Below are positions 1-6,389 of a DNA stretch of 40,737 bases, piece after piece. Below the pieces are notes generated by a model, which searched no databases, had not been told where the DNA came from, and worked only from the letters and a program-made list of their open reading frames with translations. Within the stretch, counting starts at the first letter, position 1; each line of letters starts with the position of its first letter. Made by a program: the position numbers and the translations under genes. The DNA lies in the NCBI GenBank assembly GCA_016938425.1, contig JAFGUR010000083.1, forward strand, positions 1 to 40,737, in the 5' to 3' direction. Source of the DNA: Fusobacteriaceae bacterium. Lineage in GTDB: Bacteria; Fusobacteriota; Fusobacteriia; Fusobacteriales; Fusobacteriaceae.

Positions 1-80
1 GTCTCATTATAACCAATAAAAATCTTATTTGTATTATTTTTAACTATGTACATATATTTTTTTAGTTTTGCAACTAACTA
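1..80 (-). mobile_element. Family-A MITE-like repeat, copy A1 (cut off by the window start)
   Basis: nt 2-80 align nearly base for base with nt 5779-5857 in the same orientation, and as reverse complement with the left end of the 14241-14590 copy. It ends in the family terminal repeat AGTTTTGCAACTAACTA (64-80). Confidence 0.7.
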
Positions 81-230
81 AATTATATTTGTATTATATC
101 ATTTTTTATACTTTTAAACAGAATTTTTTTTACCTCAATTTTCATAGTTTTTTCAATGAATTTACACTTCTTTTATATTTTATTTACACTAAAAAGCTAA
201 TATAAAATAAACGAAAAAGGAGATATTTTA

Positions 231-1625
231 ATGAAAAAAATAATTTTTATCATACTTATTGCTTTAACTATTTTTACATCATGTACAAATCAGAAAAAAA
301 CGGGTGTTGCAGCCTTTGAAACTAAAGATAAGCACTTTACTTTCCTAAGTAGTAAGAGTCCTTATCCTTATGAAGTTACAGATTATAGCTCACCTCCAAA
401 AAACTACAATTTGGTATTTATAAACTATGTGGGAAGACATGGTTCTAGACATCTTTCTAGTTCAAAATATGATAAAACGCTTTTCGAACTTCTTTCCATT
501 GCAGAAAAAGATGGTGAAATAACTAATTTAGGAAAAGAGCTAAAAGATGAAATTAGCAAATTAATGAAAGTAGAAGAAGGTAACTATGGACTTCTTACTA
601 TTAAAGGAAAAAAAGAATTAGAGAATATAGGTAGAAGAACTGCTATAAATAATAAAAAATTATTTTCTTATAAATCAGAAGTTATAGCTTATGCAACATA
701 TTCTGATAGAGCCAAAGAAAGCAGAGACGAATTTCTAAAAGGACTTAAAAAAGAAATAAATTCAGTATCCATAACATCGAATTTTTATGAAGAATTTAAA
801 GATCCTTATTTAAGACCCTATGATATAGCTGAAAGATACATTGATTTTGAAGAAAATGGGGAATGGAATTCAATATTTAATGAATATACAAAAAGAGAAA
901 TAGGTAAAAAATTTGATAAAGAAATCCTTTTAAAATTAGTATCAGAAAGATTCTATGATAGATTAGAAAAGGGAGAATTTAAATTAAAAGATGAAAATGG
1001 GAAAGTAAAGTTAAAAAATCCTACAGAAGCTGTTTCTAATTTATATAATCTTTATATAATTTCAGCTGCTTTGAAAGAAGAGGGATTATTTGAATTTAAA
1101 AAATATTTTACAAACGAGCAATTAGCTTGGTATGAAAGTATCATAAGCATTGAAGATTACTTGCAAAAGGGGCCTTCTATAACTAGCCTACCTACAGATA
1201 TTATAGCACCATTAGTTAAAAATATGATAAATAGCACAGAAAATGGCTTAAAAAATCCTAACCTTGCAGGAATATTTAATTTTGCTCATGCAGAAACTAT
1301 AATACCTCTAGTATCATTCCTTGAAATAAGTACATATAATGAAAGTTCTAATAACCCAACTGAAATACTAAAAAATTGGGATGCTTCTACTGTAACTCCT
1401 ATGGCTGCAAATATTCAATGGTTAATTTATTCAAATGGAAAAGATTTATTAGTTAAAATGCTTCAGAATGAAAAAGAAGTTGCTTTCCCAATAAAAACAA
1501 ATTTCTATCCATACTATAAGTGGGAAGATGTAAAAAAATATTATCAAGATAAAATTGAAAAAATAGGTTTTTCTAATGACAATAATTTAGAAAATGATAT
1601 AAAAAATTTAAAGGAAAATTTCTAA
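231..1625 (+). CDS. Histidine acid phosphatase, MINPP/phytase-like lipoprotein
   Basis: Signal peptide with lipobox (LTIFTS/C). Branch-2 histidine phosphatase motif RHGSRH (nt 435-452). C-terminal HAE triad within FAHAETIIPL (nt 1287-1295). RBS AAGGAG lies upstream of the ATG. Confidence 0.7.
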   Translation: MKKIIFIILIALTIFTSCTNQKKTGVAAFETKDKHFTFLSSKSPYPYEVTDYSSPPKNYNLVFINYVGRHGSRHLSSSKYDKTLFELLSIAEKDGEITNLGKELKDEISKLMKVEEGNYGLLTIKGKKELENIGRRTAINNKKLFSYKSEVIAYATYSDRAKESRDEFLKGLKKEINSVSITSNFYEEFKDPYLRPYDIAERYIDFEENGEWNSIFNEYTKREIGKKFDKEILLKLVSERFYDRLEKGEFKLKDENGKVKLKNPTEAVSNLYNLYIISAALKEEGLFEFKKYFTNEQLAWYESIISIEDYLQKGPSITSLPTDIIAPLVKNMINSTENGLKNPNLAGIFNFAHAETIIPLVSFLEISTYNESSNNPTEILKNWDASTVTPMAANIQWLIYSNGKDLLVKMLQNEKEVAFPIKTNFYPYYKWEDVKKYYQDKIEKIGFSNDNNLENDIKNLKENF

Positions 1626-1642
1626 ATAATTTATATAACAAT

Positions 1643-1669
1643 AAAAAGTAGCATTAGCTACTTTTTATT
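1643..1669. terminator. Bidirectional intrinsic terminator between convergent genes
   Basis: Hairpin AAAAAGTAGC-atta-GCTACTTTTT, with A-run and T-run arms usable on either strand. Confidence 0.6.
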
Positions 1670-1701
1670 GTTTAACTTTTATATTTGAATAAATGAATTT
1701 T

Positions 1702-2358
1702 TTAAAAATACTGAACAGCTATTAAATTATCAGCATCTTTTTTATCTAACTCTATTTCTTTCTCTGAAATAGCTAGCAATATAGTATTATTTCCTTTTTT
1801 TAATGTTTTAACAATAGTTCCTATTCTAATGTTTTCATTAAAGAAAAAATCCTTAAGACCTCTTGAACCTAAAATATCAGTAATTTTCAATTCTATATTT
1901 TCAGAAAAATCATATATTTTTTGTGACTGTGAAAGATTTAAAGTCTCTGAAAGATTGATATGAAGCTTTTCAAAAATTCCTATAAAGCTTTCTAGTTCAT
2001 CTAAGTTTAAATCTTTTGTTATTAAATTTATTATCTTTTTATGAAATTTTCTATGATTTTCTAAAGCTAAAAATCCTTTTTTAGTAAGAGATACAAAAAC
2101 TTTCCTTCTATCTTCTTGACTTCTCTCCCTTTTTACAAAGTTTTTTTTCACAAGATTTTCTATTGCTACAGTTGCTGTCCCCATTGTAATTGCTAAATCA
2201 TCAGCAAGTTCATTCATAGAAAGGAGTCTTTCACCAAGCACATTTATTGTGTGATATTCATTGAGTGTCAAACACTTAATATCTCTTTTAAGTTCTAATT
2301 CTTCTATTTGATGAAAACTTTTATAAAAATCTTCTATCATTAAATTTATATCATTCAT
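1702..2358 (-). CDS. MarR-family winged-helix regulator with C-terminal FeoA/SH3-like domain
   Basis: The N-terminal half reads as a MarR wHTH (LSMNELADDLAITMGTATVAIENLVKKNFVKRERSQEDRRKVFVSLTKKG). The C-terminal ~75 aa (LKITDILGSRGLKDFF..IRIGTIVKTL..) resembles FeoA/DtxR SH3-like domains. Confidence 0.55.
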   Translation of the reverse strand: MNDINLMIEDFYKSFHQIEELELKRDIKCLTLNEYHTINVLGERLLSMNELADDLAITMGTATVAIENLVKKNFVKRERSQEDRRKVFVSLTKKGFLALENHRKFHKKIINLITKDLNLDELESFIGIFEKLHINLSETLNLSQSQKIYDFSENIELKITDILGSRGLKDFFFNENIRIGTIVKTLKKGNNTILLAISEKEIELDKKDADNLIAVQYF

Positions 2359-2383
2359 ACATTTACTCCCTTAAAGTGAGTTT

Positions 2384-3205
2384 TTAAATATTAATTGTAG
2401 TTTTCTCAATTACTCTTTTTACTATATTTCTAAATTTATCTTTTACTAAACTTTCCTCTGTTTCAAAGAAAAGAGATTTTCCAGTATCTCCTGCGTTAGC
2501 AAGTTTTGGTTCCATTGGAATTTTGTCTAAAAGTTCAATATTAAAATCTGATATAGTTTTCTCTACTGCACCTGTATTAAATATTTGAATTGTTTCATTA
2601 CAACATGGGCAAATAAAACCACTCATGTTTTCTACAAGACCAAGAACAGGAACATTTATTAGTTTTGAAAATTCAATAGATTTTCTTACATCTAATACTG
2701 CAACATCTTGAGGAGTTGAAACTATTATAGCTCCATCTACATCGCCTATACTTTGAGCAATAGTAAGTTGTTCATCTCCTGTTCCAGGTGGTAAATCAAC
2801 AATTAAATAATCTAATTCTCCCCAATCTACATTTGACAAAATTTCTCTTATAGCACTCGATTTTGCTGGTCCTCGAAAAACTATAGGTTTATCTGAATTA
2901 TCCATATAAAAACTAAGAGAAACTGCTGATAAAGTTGAGCTTATTTCATAAGGTTTTCTAATATCTGCTATTTTTGCTCCTTCTACCCCTAACATTAAAG
3001 GAACATTTGGTCCATGAATATCAGCGTCTAATATCCCTACTTTTTTCCCTTCTAATGACAATCCTACAGCAAGATTAACAGAGACAGTTGACTTTCCTAC
3101 TCCACCTTTTCCACTCATGACCATAATTTTATTTTTTACTTTTATCATTTTATCTTGAATTTTTTGTGCTTCTTCTTGCATTTTCTGTTGTATTTTTGCA
3201 TCCAT
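2384..3205 (-). CDS. Mrp/NBP35 (ApbC-like) Fe-S cluster carrier P-loop ATPase
   Basis: Deviant Walker A GKGGVGKST, Walker B LIVDLPPGTGD and the CPCC cysteine pair (FICPCCNE) typical of Mrp/NBP35. Confidence 0.8.
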   Translation of the reverse strand: MDAKIQQKMQEEAQKIQDKMIKVKNKIMVMSGKGGVGKSTVSVNLAVGLSLEGKKVGILDADIHGPNVPLMLGVEGAKIADIRKPYEISSTLSAVSLSFYMDNSDKPIVFRGPAKSSAIREILSNVDWGELDYLIVDLPPGTGDEQLTIAQSIGDVDGAIIVSTPQDVAVLDVRKSIEFSKLINVPVLGLVENMSGFICPCCNETIQIFNTGAVEKTISDFNIELLDKIPMEPKLANAGDTGKSLFFETEESLVKDKFRNIVKRVIEKTTINI

Positions 3206-3209
3206 TATA

Positions 3210-4016
3210 TTAATTTCCTCCTAATTCTACTATATCTCCGCCAAAAAAATATTCCATAGTATGTAACTCTTTACTTATATTAGTATTATCAAAAGTACAA
3301 TGATTTACGAAGGCTCTCTTTACTCCTAAGCTTTCTAATTTATAATTTAATTTTATAAGCTCTTTATAAGTTTTATTTCTAAAATGAAGCCCTCCAAATA
3401 AAAAAAATCTTTCCCAAAGATAATTTTTTTCATGAAGTTCATTTACTATGTTAATTATACCTCTATGAGAACAACCAGTAACAAGAATATCATATGATTT
3501 TTCTTTTATTATCATGTAAATTTCATCCTTAGACATATCAGGTGAATATTCATCTACAATTTTTACATAATGATTTTTTTCTCTTGTCTCTTCATAATCT
3601 CTAAGATTTCCAATAATTATAATATCTTCATCTAAATTATAACTTTCTTCAATAAATTCAAATCTATTCAAATCTAATTCATTCTTAGAAAGCCCTATAA
3701 ATTTCATTTGACCTGTTCGTTTACTAAATTTTTCTATAAAAATTTCTTTATGAACTATTACCTTAGCTTTACTATTAATTTTTAAAAATTCTTTCAATCC
3801 ACCTGTATGATCATTGTGACCATGACTTAAAATTACATAATCAATATCTTTAAGATTTATATTTAATTCTTTTGCATTTTGAAAGAGAGCTTCTCCCATT
3901 CCCGTATCAAATAGAATCTTTTTATTGTTCTTTTCTATATAAAAACTTAAACCATGCTCATCTTTCAAATTTTCATTTATACTAAAATTATTCACCAGAC
4001 ATGTTATTTTCATCAT
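3210..4016 (-). CDS. MBL-fold metallo-hydrolase (COG1237-like)
   Basis: Metallo-beta-lactamase motif HGHNDHTGG. Start moved from the track GTG (4028) to the ATG at 4016, which follows GAGGT with 5-nt spacing. The gene overlaps the end of the upstream DUF134 gene. Confidence 0.65.
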   Translation of the reverse strand: MMKITCLVNNFSINENLKDEHGLSFYIEKNNKKILFDTGMGEALFQNAKELNINLKDIDYVILSHGHNDHTGGLKEFLKINSKAKVIVHKEIFIEKFSKRTGQMKFIGLSKNELDLNRFEFIEESYNLDEDIIIIGNLRDYEETREKNHYVKIVDEYSPDMSKDEIYMIIKEKSYDILVTGCSHRGIINIVNELHEKNYLWERFFLFGGLHFRNKTYKELIKLNYKLESLGVKRAFVNHCTFDNTNISKELHTMEYFFGGDIVELGGN

Positions 4017-4371
4017 TTTTAACCTCACATTTTGGACAAAATTTTCTATTTTTCTTACATCTTGAACAAGGTTTATTAAGTATTGTTACGTCCCCACCCT
4101 CAATAATAATGGCTTTTCCAGTAATGATAGCTTCCGAAACCTTTTTCCTTGCACTTTTTACTATATTTCCAAAAGTTTGTCTTGAAACATTCATTTTTTC
4201 AGCAGCATCCTCTTGGTATAATTCTTCAAAGTCAGCAAGCCTAAGAGCTTCATACTCATCTAAAGTAAGTATTATTCTTTTAAGTTTATCCATAGGAAAT
4301 CCTACAGGTTTAAAAGCTAAATGATTTGGCATTTCAGTTATTATTCTACATTTTACTGGTCTTGGCATCAA
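3988..4371 (-). CDS. DUF134 (UPF0251) small DNA-binding protein with C-terminal Cys motif
   Basis: Characteristic N-terminus MPRPVKCR. HTH-like segment (EDAAEKMNVSRQTFGNIVKSARKKV). C-terminal CSRC..CPKC. Confidence 0.7.
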   Translation of the reverse strand: MMPRPVKCRIITEMPNHLAFKPVGFPMDKLKRIILTLDEYEALRLADFEELYQEDAAEKMNVSRQTFGNIVKSARKKVSEAIITGKAIIIEGGDVTILNKPCSRCKKNRKFCPKCEVKNDENNMSGE

Positions 4372-4387
4372 TTCTCCTAAAAATTAT

Positions 4388-5068
4388 TTATCTTATTTCT
4401 ATACTTACTCCATTTTTTATCAAAATATCTTTAAATTTTTCCAATATTGGAAGAGAATAAATCTCCTGACTTCCAAATTCTACAGGCTTATATTCTTGTA
4501 GAAATACTTTATCTATTCCTTCAAGTATTTTTGCTATAGACTCCATATCTTCCTCTTTAATATAAGGTGGATACATTGTTATTCTTATTTCATAAGGAAT
4601 CTTTGTGTTTTTTAATATATTTAAACTTTCTTTAATAATTTCATCAGAAAAGTTTAAGTATTTTTTATAATTTGTTGTTTTAAAATCCATGGCTATATAA
4701 TCAAATTCATTGGCATAATCCCTTAAAAAATTTGGATTAGAACCATTTGTATCTAGTTTTATTAAAAAATCATTCCCAAGTTCTGATTTTATTTTCCTTA
4801 CTAAACTTATAAGTTTTTCTCCCCATATAGTAGCTTCTCCACCAGTTATACAGAGTCCTTCTATTATGTTTCTTCTACCTTTTAAAAAACTTATTAATTC
4901 ATCTTCGCTAATTGAAGGGACACTATCTTCTGGTTTTATTAAATCTCTATTATGACAATATTCACAATTAAAATTACACCCTCCCAGAAATATAGTCGAA
5001 ACTAATTTGCTTGGATAATCTACTGTCGAAGTTTTTACTAGTCCTAAAATTTTCAAGTTAATCACCAA
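4388..5068 (-). CDS. nrdG: Anaerobic ribonucleotide reductase activating protein (radical SAM)
   Basis: Radical-SAM cluster motif CNFNCEYCHN, GGE motif (ITGGEAT), ~226 aa size and proximity to nrdD. Another glycyl-radical activase cannot be excluded from sequence alone. Confidence 0.7.
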   Translation of the reverse strand: MVINLKILGLVKTSTVDYPSKLVSTIFLGGCNFNCEYCHNRDLIKPEDSVPSISEDELISFLKGRRNIIEGLCITGGEATIWGEKLISLVRKIKSELGNDFLIKLDTNGSNPNFLRDYANEFDYIAMDFKTTNYKKYLNFSDEIIKESLNILKNTKIPYEIRITMYPPYIKEEDMESIAKILEGIDKVFLQEYKPVEFGSQEIYSLPILEKFKDILIKNGVSIEIR

Positions 5069-5186
5069 TCCTTATTAAATTTAGTACCTGTCCAAAAAAA
5101 AGAACATTAAAATATATTTTTTAAACAACTAAAAAATAACTATTTAATAAGCTTAGTCAAAGTAAGAAGTTCTTACTTTGATTAAA

Positions 5187-5585
5187 TCATAATTCTTCTA
5201 TTTGTTTCTCAATTTGCATTACTGAATCTTGTATTACTTTTTTGCAGTCAATTTTATGAACTGTTTTCAATTCTTTACAATTCATAGAACAATTTTTTTC
5301 TTTAAAATCTGTTTCAAAAATTTTTATCTGTTTAAAAACTTTTCTCATGTTCTCTCTATCAGAAGCCTCTGAACTCCCAAGCTTTAAACTGAGAGCCATA
5401 ATAGCTCCTGTTACTGCTCCACAGGTTTCTCCAAGAAACATTCCTGTTCCAAGTCCCATAGATGCTTTTATCAAATCTTCTTCATTATCTGTCAATTTTA
5501 AATGTTCATTACAGGCTTTTAGCACAGATTGAGCACAATTAAAGCCATTTTCATAGTAATTTAATGCTTTATTTTCCAATTTCAT
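5187..5585 (-). CDS. C_GCAxxG_C_C family redox-active protein
   Basis: Family motifs GFNCAQSVL and ETCGAVTGA, plus two further Cys (CSMNC..C). Confidence 0.7.
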   Translation of the reverse strand: MKLENKALNYYENGFNCAQSVLKACNEHLKLTDNEEDLIKASMGLGTGMFLGETCGAVTGAIMALSLKLGSSEASDRENMRKVFKQIKIFETDFKEKNCSMNCKELKTVHKIDCKKVIQDSVMQIEKQIEEL

Positions 5586-5607
5586 TTCTCCCTTATTAAT
5601 TAATTCC

Positions 5608-5857
5608 TAGTTTGTTGCAAAACTCCAACACCTTTATTTTACTTATCATAAAAAACTACGTTTTTTATTGTAATCCCTCCACCTTCAGTGGGGAAAGATA
5701 GGGGAAGTCGGGGCGGAACCCATGGGAAGGAAGTATCCTCGCCACTCCATAATTCGACTAAAGACTTAAAAGTCTAAATCTCATTAAAACCAATAAAAAT
5801 CTTATTTATATTATTTTTAACTGTGTACATATATTTTTTTAGTTTTACAACTAGTTA
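5608..5857 (-). mobile_element. Family-A MITE-like element, copy A2 (complete)
   Basis: 250-bp non-coding element with terminal inverted repeats TAGTTTGTTGCAAAACT (5608-5624) and AGTTTTACAACTAGTTA (5841-5857). It is flanked by a perfect 10-bp direct duplication AATTAATTCC (5598-5607 and 5858-5867). It is homologous to 1-80 and, inverted, to 14241-14590. Confidence 0.85.
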
Positions 5858-5859
5858 AA

Positions 5860-6243
5860 TTAATTCCCGCAATTATGGTTATGACCGTGTTCGTGATCTT
5901 CCCCATGATGATGACTACAAGCAGAACCAGTTGACTCAAGATTTCCATTTAAATAAACTTTTAAATTTTCTTCTACACTTCCTCTTGCCCCAAGAATTAC
6001 TTCAATATTATTTTGTTTAAATATATCTATTGCCATACCACCCATACCACCTGTAATTATTGTATGAATTCCAAGTTGTCCTAAAAAGTTTGGAATTACT
6101 CCTGGAGCATGTGGAGGTGGAACAACAAATTCACTATTTACTATTTCTCCATTTTCTACGTTAAATATTACAAACTCTCTACAATGTCCAAAATGTTCTT
6201 CTACCGTTACTCTGTCATTAGTTGGAAATGCAATTTTTTTCAT
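5860..6243 (-). CDS. NifX/NifB-like (dinitrogenase FeMo-cofactor biosynthesis domain) protein with His-rich tail
   Basis: The N-terminal signature FPTNDRVTVEEHFGHCREFVIF and the GGMGGMA loop match the NifB/NifX/NafY-type domain. The C-terminal tail reads SHHHGEDHEHGHNHNCGN. Confidence 0.65.
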   Translation of the reverse strand: MKKIAFPTNDRVTVEEHFGHCREFVIFNVENGEIVNSEFVVPPPHAPGVIPNFLGQLGIHTIITGGMGGMAIDIFKQNNIEVILGARGSVEENLKVYLNGNLESTGSACSHHHGEDHEHGHNHNCGN

Positions 6244-6349
6244 TTTATCAATCTCCTTTTTTTATTTTAATTATCATATGCCAATTATATACCTGTAATT
6301 TTTTTTTGTCAAATGCTAATTATATTTTTTTGATTTCTTAAAATAAATC

Positions 6350-6371
6350 TAGGAGCCAAATAAGGCTCCTA
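6350..6371 (-). terminator. Putative intrinsic terminator of nrdD
   Basis: Hairpin TAGGAGCC-aaataa-GGCTCCTA about 20 nt downstream of the nrdD stop, followed on the minus strand by a T-rich tract. Confidence 0.5.
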
Positions 6372-6389
6372 CTTCAAAAAATTAATACA

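Noticed and set aside
5157-5181. 10-bp-stem hairpin TCAAAGTAAG..CTTACTTTGA between the C_GCAxxG gene and nrdG, considered as a terminator
   Set aside because: No U-run follows it on the transcribed minus strand. It may be an RNA-processing or stability element, but I cannot support a terminator call.
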